From positions 51,824 to 115,823 of the forward strand of contig CBDHDN010000064.1 of NCBI GenBank assembly GCA_965261585.1: a stretch of 64,000 bases of DNA. The letters run 5' to 3'. Below the pieces are notes generated by a model. It did not search any database. It saw nothing but the letters and a program-made list of their open reading frames with translations, and had not been told where the DNA came from. How positions within the stretch are numbered: position 1 is the stretch's first letter; the number at the start of each line of letters is the position of its first letter. The DNA comes from Alphaproteobacteria bacterium (GTDB lineage Bacteria > Pseudomonadota > Alphaproteobacteria > UBA6615). This document shows positions 49,539-60,306 of the stretch, piece by piece. Made by a program: the position numbers and the translations under genes.

Positions 49539-50432
49539 ATGGGTATGAACAAATTGCCCCTGAAAACCCGCACTCTGATCCTGAACTTGCTCTGTGAAGG
49601 CCAGTCCATGCGGGCAACCGCAAGGCTGGCGGACGTGAGCTTCAACACCGTCGCCAAACTCCTGATCGACGCCGGCAAGGTCTGTGCCGACCTGCACGAC
49701 GAACTGGTGCAGGGCGTTACCGCTAGCCGCATACAGTGCGACGAAATTTCGGCGTTCACCTATGCCAAGCAGAAGAATGTCGCGACAGCAAAGGCCGCCC
49801 CCTCGGAAGCTGGCGACACCTGGACCTGGACGGCGCTCGACAGCGACAGCAAGCTGATTGTTTCGTGGCTGGTCGGAGGACGCGACGGCGAGTATGCGAT
49901 TTCTTTCATGGACGATCTGCGTAGCCGTCTGGCGAACCGCGTCCAACTGACCACGGATGGCCATAAGGCATACCTGGAAGCGGTTGAGGGAGCGTTTGGG
50001 GCCGATGTGGACTATGCCCAGCTCATCAAGCTATACGGCGAACCCACGGGCCAGAAGGGCCATGAGCGCAAATACAGTCCTTCGGAATGCACTGGAACGC
50101 GCAAGCGTCGCGTTGAAGGCAACCCTGATCTGTCAGCCGTAAGCACGTCCCATGTCGAGCGCCAGAACCTCACCATGCGTATGCATATGCGCCGCTTCAC
50201 GCGGCTGACAAATGGGTTTTCGAAGAAGGTTGAAAACCACATGCACATGGTCGCGCTCTACACCATGTTCTACAATTTCTGCCGCATCCATAAGACCCTG
50301 CGCGTCACACCCGCTATGGAGGCCGGTCTGACGGATCGCGTTTGGGATATGGAGGATATTCTGGCTATCATGGACGAACGCGCCCAGAAGCCTGGTCGGC
50401 CCAAGACTTACAAAAAACAGATTTCAAACTGA
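49539..50432 (+). CDS. IS1-family transposase (single-ORF type)
   Basis: N-terminal HTH ...[25 protein letters not shown].... Core ...[12 protein letters not shown]...[53 protein letters not shown] resembles IS1 InsB. Confidence 0.7.
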   Translation: MGMNKLPLKTRTLILNLLCEGQSMRATARLADVSFNTVAKLLIDAGKVCADLHDELVQGVTASRIQCDEISAFTYAKQKNVATAKAAPSEAGDTWTWTALDSDSKLIVSWLVGGRDGEYAISFMDDLRSRLANRVQLTTDGHKAYLEAVEGAFGADVDYAQLIKLYGEPTGQKGHERKYSPSECTGTRKRRVEGNPDLSAVSTSHVERQNLTMRMHMRRFTRLTNGFSKKVENHMHMVALYTMFYNFCRIHKTLRVTPAMEAGLTDRVWDMEDILAIMDERAQKPGRPKTYKKQISN

Positions 50433-50441
50433 TGCACTACC

Positions 50442-52270
50442 TCCTGGATGCTGCCGTTGACGCGGCCGTTGGCATGGATTGTCAGCAGCACGCGCGTATC
50501 GTCGTGGATCCGACACCCCTCGCCACTCGAGGCGATGTGCAGGTCCGGGTGCACGAGGAAGCCGATCTCCACCGGCTGGGCAATGCCGGCGCCGGCCAGG
50601 CTGTCGGTAATCGTCATCTGCAGCGGCCCGGCCAGGGCGACCTGGCGGTGGTGGCGCAGGCCGAACGGCTTGACGTAGCCGTCGTGCGCCGCCTCGACCG
50701 ACCAGGCGCAGGGCTTGTCGTCGACGGTCACGAGCGCCGCCGTTGCCTGCTCGGTCCAGTTGAAGGCGCCGGCGATGCGGCTTGAATCGGTGCCGGCGAC
50801 GGTCAGCGTGTTGTGCGCCGGCGTACAGCGGAAGTGGTCCCGCCAGGCGCCGCCCGCGTGATAGAGGTAGGTACCGGCGTCGGCCAGCACCGGCTGGTCG
50901 CCGATATGCAGCCACACCGCCAGCGCGTCGGCGTGGCCGTGCGCGGCGATCGACAGATAGCCGAGCGGCCCATGGTCGAACACCAGCAGCTGGGCCGCCG
51001 CGCCGGCGCCTTCGCGGACGACCGTGTAGCCGCCCTCGACGAAGCAGCGCAGGCCCTGGGGACCGCCAGCCGACGGCTCGGGCAGGCCGGTCAGGGCATG
51101 GCGCAGATGCGGCGTCACCACCGGCGGCGCCAGCTCGGGCCGGTTGAGGCTCGTCGCCAGCGCGCCAAGTACGGCGCTGCAATAAGACTCCGGCGCGAAC
51201 GTCGAATAGATGACGCGCCCCTCGTCGTCGTCGCCGATCCGCGGGCAATTGCCGCCCTCGTCGGTAATCCAGCGCAGGTACTCGCCGGCCCGCGCCATGC
51301 GCTCCAACACCTCCGCCGGGAACGGGTCGCCCAGCCGCCGCGCCACCTCGGCCGAGACCACCAGCCATTCCAGCGTGAACGCGGTGTAGGTCGGCGACTG
51401 CTCGACGCCGACGCCGTCGGCGTGGATCTGCTGCAGCGCCTCGCTCGCCAGGACGGCGCGACCGTATTTGGCGTAACGCTGGGCATCGGGCAGGTCGGGC
51501 ACCAGGCGGCCAAGCAGGAACAGCGCGCCCGCCTCGGCGATCAGGTGGTTGTTGGCCGACGAGAAGCGCGAGGGGAAGCGCATCAGCCAGTAGCCGTGGG
51601 CCGCCAGCGTCGCCATCAGGCGGGCCTTGAGCTCGGGCGTGAAGGCCTCGGTCTCGCCGATCAGCGAGGTGACGACCAGCAGGCTGACGATGCGCTGCGC
51701 CAGCTCGATGCCGGAGGCCCAGTTGATGCCGTCGAACGGCGGGTTGTGCTCGATCCAGCTGGCGATCTCGGCCGCGCAATAGGCGGCCAACTCGGCGTCG
51801 CTGGTCAGCGCCGCCAGCCCGGCGATCGGCTGCAGGTACTGCAGCCGGTTGATCTCCCAGACATACTTGACGTCGCCGAAATCGTGCGTCTGGCGATAGG
51901 GCACGTTGAAGCAGTAGAGGTCGGCCGGCCAGTGGCGCCCGGTGACCGGGTCCAGGTGCCATTTCTCGGCCCCTGCGGCGCCGTCCCAGGTGATGCCGAG
52001 GAACCGGAAATGCCCGGACTGGGCGATGCCCGTGGCCTCGCGCCACTGGGCGATCAGGGCGTCCTGGCAGCCGAGCGCCAGCAGGCCGTCGCGCAGCCCC
52101 GGCAGCGCCGGCAGCGGCCGGTCCGAGGCGGCGGCGGCGGCGAAATCGGGGGTGTGCAGGCGCGCTGCGCGGCGCTTCACCTGCTCGCCGAAGCGGTGGG
52201 TCACTTCCGGCAGTGACATCGACTGCAGCCGCCGCCGATACCACCGCAGTCGCTCCACGGTATGACCCAA
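50442..52270 (-). pseudogene. Heparinase II/III-like family protein, 3' end interrupted by the IS1-family element
   Basis: ...DALAVWLHIGDQPVLADAGTYLYHAGGAWRDHFRCTPAHNTLTVAG.... The last 11 codons of the open frame ([14 protein letters not shown]) are encoded by the IS inverted repeat. Confidence 0.6.
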
Positions 52271-52459
52271 AGCGATCCTCTCGTACGCAAGACTACGGCC
52301 CGGGGGGCGCAGGCAGACCCGAAACCTGCGCCGCTACGCTATCGCCGCTTGCTTAAGGAAGCTTTGCGGGCGCTCCGGCGAAACGTTGCCGCCACGTACG
52401 TCGGCACGACAAACACAACTGAACCCCGGCTCAGGGCTGCTCGGGACCGGGGGGCAGGG

Positions 52460-53098
52460 TCATGTCAGCTCGATCATGACGTGGGCGCGGAAGCCCGGGC
52501 GTTCGGTCAGCCGCCCGTACCACGCCTCCAGATTGGCCGCCGCCGGCCGCTCGACGTCCATCGCCGTCCAGCGATAGGCCAGAACGCCGAGGGGGATGTC
52601 GGCCATCGTAAAAGCGTCGCCCATGACGGAGCGGCGGCCGGGCAAATGGCCATCGAGGATGGCCAGCGCCGCCGCCGTCTTCTGGCGCCCGGCCTCGATC
52701 GCCGCGGCGTCGCGATCCGCCGGCGCCGTGCGCACCAGGCCCCAGAACACCGGCGCGATGGCCGGCCCGATCGTCGAGATCTGCCAGTCCATCCAGCGCT
52801 CGGCGTCGGCGCGGGTTTGCGCGTTGGCCGGCCACAGCGTGCCGGCACCGTGCTTGGCGGCGAGGTAGCGCACGATCGCGTTGGATTCCCACAGGACGAA
52901 GCCGTCGTCCTCGATCGTCGGCACCAGCGCGTTCGGGTTCTTCGCCAGGTATGCGGCATCGCGCGTGCCGCCGAAGGCGCCGCCGACGTCGATCCGCTCG
53001 AACGGCAGGTAGAGCTCGGCACAGCACCACAGTACCTTTTGGACGTTGGACGAGTTGTTGCGCCCCCAGATCTTCAGCACGCGTGTCTCCCTCGGCAA
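52460..53098 (-). CDS. Glutathione S-transferase
   Basis: ...VPTIEDDGFVLWESNAIVRYLA... (thioredoxin-like N-domain) plus alpha-helical C-domain. Confidence 0.7.
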   Translation of the reverse strand: MPRETRVLKIWGRNNSSNVQKVLWCCAELYLPFERIDVGGAFGGTRDAAYLAKNPNALVPTIEDDGFVLWESNAIVRYLAAKHGAGTLWPANAQTRADAERWMDWQISTIGPAIAPVFWGLVRTAPADRDAAAIEAGRQKTAAALAILDGHLPGRRSVMGDAFTMADIPLGVLAYRWTAMDVERPAAANLEAWYGRLTERPGFRAHVMIELT

Positions 53099-53273
53099 GC
53101 GACCGAGCCAAACATGCGTGGCCGGCGCGCGCCCATAATGCTACGCAGCAGCGGTGGCCCGCAGCAACAAACGCGGGGACCCGACGAAAGCGTCATCTTG
53201 GGGCAGTCTTCAAGGGCTCGATGCCCTATTGTCTCATCATGTTGCTCGCGATGCTTGCGTTCCGCACTGTTCC

Positions 53274-54050
53274 ATGGCTGGCGACGGCGCTGCACTGACG
53301 ACGCCGTCGCTGCGGCTCGACGGGCTGGTGGCCCTGGTCACCGGGGCCGGCCGCGGGCTCGGCGAGGGCTGTGCGGTCGCGCTGGGCGGGGCCGGGGCGG
53401 AGGTTGTCTGCCTGAGCCGCACCTTGAGCGAGCTCGAGCGGGTCGCCGCCGACATCGAGGCGCGCGGCGGCCGTGCCCGCCCGCTGGTCTGCGACATCTG
53501 CGATACGGCCGCGATGCGCGCCGCGATCGGCGGCCTGGCGCGCCTCGACATCCTGGTCAACAACGCCGGCACCAACGTGCCCGAGCCGTTCCTCGAGGTG
53601 CCGGAAGCCCACCTCGACCGCATCCTCGCGGTCAACGTGCGCGCCGCGTTCCTGGTCGCCCAGGCGGCGGCGCAGCGCATGGTCGACGGCGGCCGCGGCA
53701 GCAGCATCATCAACATGTCGTCGCAGATGGGCCACGTCGGCGCGCCCAACCGCGCCGTCTATTGCATGAGCAAGCACGCCTTGGAGGGTCTGACCAAGGC
53801 GATGGCCGTCGAGCTGGCGCCGCGCCAAGTGCGCGTCAACGCGATCGGCCCGACCTTCATCGAGACGCCGCTGACCAAGCCGTACTTCGAGAACCCGGAG
53901 TTCCGCCGCTACGCCTTCGAGAGCATTCCCCTCGGCCGCCTCGGCCGCATCGAGGACATCATGGGCGCGGTCGTCTTCCTGGCCTCGCCCGCCGCTGCGC
54001 TGATCACCGGCGCGAGCCTGGCCATCGACGGCGGCTGGACCGCCCACTGA
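53274..54050 (+). CDS. SDR-family oxidoreductase
   Basis: TGAGRGLG, NNAG, ...SSQMGHVGAPNRAVYCMSKHALEGL... (YxxxK). Confidence 0.8.
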   Translation: MAGDGAALTTPSLRLDGLVALVTGAGRGLGEGCAVALGGAGAEVVCLSRTLSELERVAADIEARGGRARPLVCDICDTAAMRAAIGGLARLDILVNNAGTNVPEPFLEVPEAHLDRILAVNVRAAFLVAQAAAQRMVDGGRGSSIINMSSQMGHVGAPNRAVYCMSKHALEGLTKAMAVELAPRQVRVNAIGPTFIETPLTKPYFENPEFRRYAFESIPLGRLGRIEDIMGAVVFLASPAAALITGASLAIDGGWTAH

Positions 54051-54081
54051 TACCGGCATTCCCGACCCAGAGGACCCGACG

Positions 54082-54303
54082 ATGAGCGAACCGAAGATCT
54101 CCGCCCAGGACGTGATGAAGGCCTGCGCGGGCATGCTGCAGAAGCAGCTCTACGTCGTCACGACGACGCCGGCCAACGGCATGGCGCCGGTGATCGAGAA
54201 CCTGGGCGCGCACCTGAAGTTCCAGATCGAGCTGGAGCGCAAGGGCATCATGTTCGGCGCCGGCCCGTTCTGGTCCGACGACGAGCAGATGTGGGAGGGC
54301 GGC
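54082..54303 (+). other. YciI-like protein, apparently C-terminally truncated
   Basis: ...LYVVTTTPANGMAPVIENLGAHLKFQIELERKGIMFGAGPFWSDDEQMWEGG fits the YciI family. It then runs antisense into the convergent gene with no family-like continuation. Confidence 0.35.
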
Positions 54304-54305
54304 CT

Positions 54306-54645
54306 TGGCCTCGCGCGCCCGCGCCAGCTTGTCGGCCAAATCGGCGTGGGGCCCGGTGCGCGAGCCTGGGTGCGCCTCGCGCACATAGACGACCAGAAAC
54401 TCGACGTTCCGATAGGCCGCGCGCAACGTGCGCATCGGATTGACGTTGCGCACGTACATCGGGCAGGTCAGGCTGCCGGTCTCGAGCACCAGCCACCTGC
54501 CGCGATAATCCGACAGCCGCACCTGCCGGCCGGCGAGCGTATGCAGTGTCACGTCGTGCGCCGCGTCGCCGGCCTTCGGCCCGGCGAATTTGCCGAGGTC
54601 GTAGAGCGACATCTTGTAGCGCGGATAGTTGTAGGCGTCGCTCAT
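54306..54645 (-). other. Thioredoxin-fold protein, iodothyronine-deiodinase-like; 3' end unclear
   Basis: MSDAYNYPRYKMSLYDLGKFAGPKAGDAAHDVTLHTLAGRQVRLSDYRGRWLVLETGSLTCPMYV...VEFLVVYVREAHPG. Start is coupled (ATGA) to the flavin reductase stop. The open frame continues to 54004 without recognisable sequence. Confidence 0.35.
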
Positions 54646-55184
54646 GCCGGCGGCGGCTCCTGCTCGTCGCCCGTCAGCTTGGCATAGCGGCCGTGACAGA
54701 AGATCAGCGGCGCCCGGTCCCAATAGGCGTATCGTTCGACGCGGCCAATGATGATGACGTGGTCGCCGCCATAGTAGCGGAACTCGCTGCGGCATTCGAA
54801 ATGGGCGGCGGCGCCGTCGATCAAGGGGATGTCGCCCAGCCCCTCGACGATGGTGAGGCCGGCGAACTTGTCGTCCAGCGGGGTCGCGAAGCGCGTCGAC
54901 AGCTCGGCCTGATCGGCGGCCAGGACGTTGACGCCGAAATGGGGCGAGGCCTGGAACGCCGGCAGGCTCGGCGCATGCAGCGACAGGCTCCACAGCACCA
55001 GCGGCGGGTCGAGCGAGACCGAGCTGAACGAGCTGACGGTGAGCCCGGCCCGGCCGCCGGCCGCGCTGTCCGTCGTGATCACGGTAACGCCCGTGGCGAA
55101 GCAGCCGAGCGCCCGGCGGAAGTCCCGGGCATCGACGGCTGTATCTGGCGGTGGCGGTGCAGGTTCCTTGCGGGCCACGGGCAT
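54642..55184 (-). CDS. NAD(P)H-dependent flavin reductase (HpaC-like, two-component monooxygenase partner)
   Basis: ...FRRALGCFATGVTVITT...SFSSVSLDPPLVLWSL... Confidence 0.7.
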   Translation of the reverse strand: MPVARKEPAPPPPDTAVDARDFRRALGCFATGVTVITTDSAAGGRAGLTVSSFSSVSLDPPLVLWSLSLHAPSLPAFQASPHFGVNVLAADQAELSTRFATPLDDKFAGLTIVEGLGDIPLIDGAAAHFECRSEFRYYGGDHVIIIGRVERYAYWDRAPLIFCHGRYAKLTGDEQEPPPA

Positions 55185-55198
55185 TGTCCTTTTCTCCC

Positions 55199-56400
55199 CT
55201 ACAGCGTGGGGTTGTCGGCGGAGTGGCCGAGCGCGACGCGGCCGTAGGCGGCGCCCGCGGCATCGAAGCTGAATGCGATATGGGCGTTGATCGCATGAGC
55301 GTCGCGGAACGCGCGCTGGATCTGGTTGCGGCCATAAAGCCGCCGCCGCCGCAGGCCGCGAACAAGGTGTCGACCGCTTCCGTGCACAGGCCGGCCGAGA
55401 ACGCGCCGTCGCGGCGCCAGGCGACTTTGGTTTCGATGTCCGGCACCGTGCCGGCGGCGGCCAGCGTCATCGCCTCGCTACAGCGTCGGCGCATGATCAG
55501 CGCCGCGGCGTCGATGCGGGCCCGGGCGTCGGCAATCTTGATCTGCGTCGTCTGATAGTCGCCGACCTTGGCGCCGGTGTAGTTGGCGATGCGTGACTTC
55601 ATGTCGCCGACGAAGTCCTCCCAGGCGCCGAGCGCCGTGCCCAGCGCGACACCGGCCAGAATATAGGGGAACATCGCCAGGACCAGGATCTGGAACACCG
55701 GCGCCGGGTTCAGCGCCGCGCCCGGTGTCGGCCCGCCACGGGTGTCGTCGACGGCCAGCGTGCGGTGCGCCGGCACGAATACATCGGTGGCGCGCACGTC
55801 CTTGCTGCCGGTACCGCGCAGGCCGGCGGCGTGCCAGGTGTCGATGATTTCATAGTCCGCCTTGGGCACGAGGAAGATGCGGTATTCCGCCGCCTCGGGG
55901 TCGTCGCCGGTAACGATGCCGCCGAGCATGTTCCAGTCGGCGTTGTCGACGCCGCTGGAGAACGGCCAGTGGCCGGACAGCCTGTAGCCGCCGTCGATGG
56001 ACGCGGCACGGCCGGCCGGGAAGACCACGGACGAGGCGATCAGCGCGTCCGGCGCGCGGTCCCAGACCTCGTGCTGGGCCTGGCCCGGCCACATCGCCAG
56101 CATCCAGTGGTGGCTGGCCAGGTTCGTCAAATTCCAGCTGCTCGACGCACAGCCGCGGGCGATTTCGGCCCCGGCATCGATGAACATGCCGTAGTCGAGT
56201 TCGCTGCCGCCGACGCGGGCCGGCTGCAGCATGCGGAACAGCCCGGCATCGTGGAAGTCCTTCTCGGTCTCGTCGGGCAGGCGGCGCAGCGCCTCGGCCC
56301 GCTGCGCCCGCTCGCGCAGCTTGGGCACGAGGTCGCGCGCGCGGCCCAGCAGTTCCTCGCGCGTGGCGCGGCCGGGGTGCAGCTGGCTCATCTGGCTCAT
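55199..56400 (-). pseudogene. Acyl-CoA-dehydrogenase-fold flavin monooxygenase (oxygenase component), frameshift near 55380
   Basis: Main frame ...RLPDETEKDFHDAGLFRMLQPARVGGSELDYGMF.... The C-terminal ...LQRAFRDAHAINAHIAFSFDAAGAAYGRVALG is in another frame. Length 1202 nt. Confidence 0.6.
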
Positions 56401-56559
56401 CCGCGTCGCGGGGCCTCCCTTCAGGCGACCAGAATACCGGCCCAACCGGCCTTGGTCCAATGAGCGGCTTTGATGGCAGCCATTGCCGATTCAGATGGCG
56501 CGCCCGCGTCCGCATCCCGCGGACGAGGCCCTGTTGCAGCGCGTCTTCGGCGCCGCGGG

Positions 56560-58107
56560 TCAGCCGCGGCGCGGGCGCGCCGCCGCCGCGCCGGGCGGCA
56601 CCTCCTGGGCCACTGGCGCCCCCACGGGGTAGGGCCGCGTCCAGCCGCGGGCGTGCGATGGGTGGTCGGGCGTCAGCGTCGCGTAGGCATAGGCCTTGTC
56701 CAGATTGGCGCGCTTGACGGCGCCGAGGACGGCGCGGGTCAGCTGCGCCTCCAGCGCCGCGCGCACGGGCGCCAGCCCACGGTCGTCGATCCGGTTCGCC
56801 TGCTCCATCGGGTCGGCGTCGATGTCGTACAGCGCGGCGACGCCGTTGGCATAGCGCGCCAGCTTGTACTGCCGGTCCATGATCATCGTGCCGCTGCCCA
56901 GCGCGCCGAGCGCGTGTGTGCGCGCCGTGTCCTCGGTCAGCCCGAGCCCGGGCAGCACGTAGGAATCGCGGTCATCGTCCGCCAACGGCATGCCGGCCGC
57001 GGCCAGGATCGTTGCGAACAGGTCGGTCAGCGTGACCAGGTCGCCGCGGACCGCGCCGGCAGCGCCGGCGGCGCCGGCAGCGTCCGGCATGCGCACGATC
57101 AGGGGCACGTGCATCGACGGCTCGAAGAAGTTGGTCTTGCCGATCAAATCGAAGTCGCCCAGCAGATCGCCGTGGTCGGACGTGAACACGATGATCGTTC
57201 CCCGATGCTGCTCTTTGCGCGCCAGCGCGTCGACAATGCGGCCGACCTGCCGGTCGATCAGCGCGACGAGCGCACAATAGTGCGCGCGGATGCGCCGCCT
57301 GGTCGGCTCGGGGAACTGCGTCAGGTCGACCATTGTCGAGCCCCGACGGTGCTGCTCGATCTGGCCCGGGCGAAACGCCTCGGACTCGGGCGTCGCGGCG
57401 AATGGCGCCGGCATGTCCGCGGCGTCGAACCGGGCCGCCCAGTCGGCCGGCGGGTTATAGGGGTCGTGCGGCCCGGGGAACCCGACCATCAGCAGGAACG
57501 GGCCGTCGTCGCCGTGCGCGTCGCCGTCCTGCTCGTCGATGAAGCGCACGGCCTCGTCGCCGACCCAGGTGTCGACCTGATGCACCTCGGGCAGCGCTGA
57601 GATCGACGCCATCAGGAACTCGCGATAGCCGTCCTCATCGATGCCGCGCGGCTTCTTCAGGCCGTGCCGTGCCAGATAGTCGGCATAGTCGTCCTGGATG
57701 TGGACGTGGCGCTTGTCCTCTGCGATGCGCCGGTGGTCGACGCCCTCGCCGATGTCCCACGGGATGAAATGCATCTTGCCGATGGCCGCGCAGCGATAGC
57801 CGCGCCCGGCCAGCAGCTCGGCGAACGTCGGCATGCCGCACTGCGCATGGTCGGGCCGCAGCCAGTTGCCGTTCGTCAGTACGCCCGTCGCCAGGGCGTT
57901 GTGCCCGGTCAGCAGCGACGCCCGCGCCGGGATGCACACGGGATGGGGCGAGATCGCCCGGTCATAGCGCATGCCATCCGCCGCCAGCGCGTCGATCGCC
58001 GGCGTCCGCGCGAACCCGGCGCCATAGCAGCCGACGAAGTCCCAGCGCAGCTGATCGGGCAGCAGCACGACGATGTTGGGCTGGTCGGCGGTCATTGTCG
58101 GCATCAT
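56560..58107 (-). CDS. Sulfatase (formylglycine-dependent), second copy
   Basis: ...HPVCIPARASLLTG... (C-x-P-x-R) and ...TSDHGDLLGD... Confidence 0.75.
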   Translation of the reverse strand: MMPTMTADQPNIVVLLPDQLRWDFVGCYGAGFARTPAIDALAADGMRYDRAISPHPVCIPARASLLTGHNALATGVLTNGNWLRPDHAQCGMPTFAELLAGRGYRCAAIGKMHFIPWDIGEGVDHRRIAEDKRHVHIQDDYADYLARHGLKKPRGIDEDGYREFLMASISALPEVHQVDTWVGDEAVRFIDEQDGDAHGDDGPFLLMVGFPGPHDPYNPPADWAARFDAADMPAPFAATPESEAFRPGQIEQHRRGSTMVDLTQFPEPTRRRIRAHYCALVALIDRQVGRIVDALARKEQHRGTIIVFTSDHGDLLGDFDLIGKTNFFEPSMHVPLIVRMPDAAGAAGAAGAVRGDLVTLTDLFATILAAAGMPLADDDRDSYVLPGLGLTEDTARTHALGALGSGTMIMDRQYKLARYANGVAALYDIDADPMEQANRIDDRGLAPVRAALEAQLTRAVLGAVKRANLDKAYAYATLTPDHPSHARGWTRPYPVGAPVAQEVPPGAAAARPRRG

Positions 58108-59288
58108 AGCCGGCCCGCCGCCGTGGACTCCAACAGGCTGGCCGCGGCGTGGCCGGCGCTCACGAAGTCCTCGAGCTCGTTGTAGATAGCGGCGGAGATG
58201 CGCAGCCACAGCCGGCCGTCGAGGGCGACCAGGGACGCTTCGACGTCGGCGTGCCGTTCCAGCTCGATCTGCAGCGCCTCGGCCGCGTCGGCGGTGACGG
58301 CGCGGTCGCCCGGCAGCCGCACCGTGGCCATGCTGCCGAACAGGTCGGGCGGCGCCGCCATCTCGGTTGAGAACATCGTGGCGAGGCGGGCGCCGCCGGC
58401 GATGGCGAGCGCGTGGTTGCGCCGCCGCAGGTCGGCGCCGCCGCGGCTGGCATGGTAGTCGATCGCCGCGGTGACGCTGAGCCAGGGGCTGGGATCGCGG
58501 GTGCCGGGCCAGTCGAACTCGGCCGTGAAGCCGGCGCCAAGCCCATGCGAGATGACGAGCGGGTGCAGCGCCGGCTTGCGGTCGCGCCGGCACCACAGGA
58601 ACGCGCAGCCGCGTGGCGCACCTAGCCACTTGTGGCCGTTGCCGGTGTACCAGTCGACGCCGAGCGCCGGCACGTCGACGTCGACCATGCCCGGCGCGTG
58701 GGCGCCGTCGACGAGCACGGGCACGCCCGCTTGGCCGAACTGCGCGGCCAGGCGTGCGACGGGAAAGACGAGGGCGCTGCGCGACGCCACGTGGTCGATG
58801 ACCGCGGCCCGGGTGCGCTCCGTGATCCCGGCGGCCAGCGCCGCGACGATCTCGTCGTCGCCGCGGACCGGGACCGGCAGGCGGGCCTCGACGACCGTGG
58901 CGCCGGCGCGCCCGGCATAGTGCACGAGCGACTTGCGCACGGCGCCATAGGCGTGGTCGGTCGTCAGGACCTCATCGCCCGGCGCCACCGGCAGCGAGGC
59001 GGCGACGATATTGACGCCGCTGGTCGCGTTGTCGACGTACACCCAGTCATCGGCCTCGCCGCCGAGCAGCCCGGCGACGTCCCGCGCGGCGACCCTGATG
59101 AGGTTCCGATAACGCGCCCGGAAGAAGCGCGACGGGTTGGCCTCGACCTCGTCGCGCCATTGCTGCTGCGCCTCGGCGACGCTGTTCGGGACGCCCCCGT
59201 AGGATCCGTGATTGACGTGCGTGACGCCTTCGGCCAGCGCGTACTCGGCCAATCGGGCGTGCCCATATGGCGGCGCACCTGCGTTCAA
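58104..59288 (-). CDS. Class-V aminotransferase (cysteine desulfurase / isopenicillin-N-epimerase-like)
   Basis: ...VTHVNHGSYGGVPNSV...VDGAHAPGM...TGNGHKWLGAP... Translationally coupled (ATGA) to the sulfatase. Confidence 0.7.
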   Translation of the reverse strand: MNAGAPPYGHARLAEYALAEGVTHVNHGSYGGVPNSVAEAQQQWRDEVEANPSRFFRARYRNLIRVAARDVAGLLGGEADDWVYVDNATSGVNIVAASLPVAPGDEVLTTDHAYGAVRKSLVHYAGRAGATVVEARLPVPVRGDDEIVAALAAGITERTRAAVIDHVASRSALVFPVARLAAQFGQAGVPVLVDGAHAPGMVDVDVPALGVDWYTGNGHKWLGAPRGCAFLWCRRDRKPALHPLVISHGLGAGFTAEFDWPGTRDPSPWLSVTAAIDYHASRGGADLRRRNHALAIAGGARLATMFSTEMAAPPDLFGSMATVRLPGDRAVTADAAEALQIELERHADVEASLVALDGRLWLRISAAIYNELEDFVSAGHAAASLLESTAAGRL

Positions 59289-59530
59289 CGACGGTTCTCC
59301 ACTGGCAGGACCTTCGTGCGCGCGAACATACGGGCCGACCCGCCCAAGACGGGGCCATGCATCGGATCAGTGCCCATCATGTGCCAGCAAAGCATCTATT
59401 CGAACACTCTATTTCCGGCCGTCCATGTTTTTTCTACGAGGAGTCCCGCCCGACCTGGATCGATGCCAGCTTTACCGATCCCGCCGATTCATGTATACAC
59501 AATGCACACACAAGCCGGGTAGGATGGCAA

Positions 59531-59815
59531 ATGGCTGATCGCACGCGCCGCGTGTCGTCCCAGACGATCAATCTGCGGACGTCCGCGGAACAGAAGGGGC
59601 TGATTGATCGCGCCGCTGCGGCGCTCGGCAAGACGCGGACCGAGTTCATGCTGGAAAGCGCACAGCGGGCGGCGGAGCAGACCTTGCTCGATCGGCGGTT
59701 CTTCCCGCTGGACGACGATCGTTTCGCCGCCTTCGTCGAGCGGCTCGATGCGCCCGCGAAGCCCAGTGCGGCACTCCGGCGGCTGCTGGCCACGCGGCCA
59801 CCGTGGCGGGAGTGA
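59531..59815 (+). CDS. TacA-like (DUF1778, RHH) antitoxin
   Basis: ...TINLRTSAEQKGLIDRAAAALGKTRTEFMLESA...; AGGATGG RBS. Confidence 0.65.
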   Translation: MADRTRRVSSQTINLRTSAEQKGLIDRAAAALGKTRTEFMLESAQRAAEQTLLDRRFFPLDDDRFAAFVERLDAPAKPSAALRRLLATRPPWRE

Positions 59816-60306
59816 CGCTGGAAGCGCCAAGACCGATCCGGCCTGAGGACGACCTCGCCGATTTCGACTGCGGCAACGCCGGACTGGACGACTGGCTGAG
59901 GCGTCGGGCGCTGAACAACGACCGCATCGGCGCGTCGCGGACGTACGTGCTTTGCGAGGGCGGCCGGGTCATCGCCTACTATGCACTCGCCACCGGCGGG
60001 ATCGCCCGCGCCGGCGCGCCCCGACGCGTCCGGCAGAACATGCCCGACCCGATCCCGGTCATGGTGCTGGCGCGCCTGGCCGTCGACCGCCGGCATCAAC
60101 AGTGCGGCCTGGGCTCCGCCTTGCTGCGCGATGCGATCCTGCGCACGCTGAGTGTGGCGGAGATCGCCGGCATCCGCGCCATGCTCGTCCACGCAATCGA
60201 CCCGGCGGCAGCCGCGTTCTATGCCGCCAGAGGGTTTGCCCCGTCGCCGATCGATCCGCTGGTTCTCATGCTGCCGCTCGATACGGTGCGGGTGTTGGAC
60301 ACCTGA
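59803..60306 (+). CDS. TacT-like GNAT acetyltransferase toxin
   Basis: ...DFDCGNAGLDDWLRRRA...YYALATGGI...LARLAVDRRHQQCGLGSALLRDAI... Overlaps the antitoxin. Confidence 0.7.
   Translation: MAGVTLEAPRPIRPEDDLADFDCGNAGLDDWLRRRALNNDRIGASRTYVLCEGGRVIAYYALATGGIARAGAPRRVRQNMPDPIPVMVLARLAVDRRHQQCGLGSALLRDAILRTLSVAEIAGIRAMLVHAIDPAAAAFYAARGFAPSPIDPLVLMLPLDTVRVLDT

Larger units (their letters stand above)
47558..50441 (+). mobile_element. IS1-family transporter IS (ISMhu11-like) with four passenger genes
   Basis: IRs GGTAGTGCATCATTTTGAAATCT (47558-) / rc GGTAGTGCATCAGTTTGAAATCTG (-50441). 8-bp TSD TCCTGGAT at 47550-47557 and 50442-50449. IS1-type transposase at the 3' end. Visibly lower GC. Confidence 0.7.
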
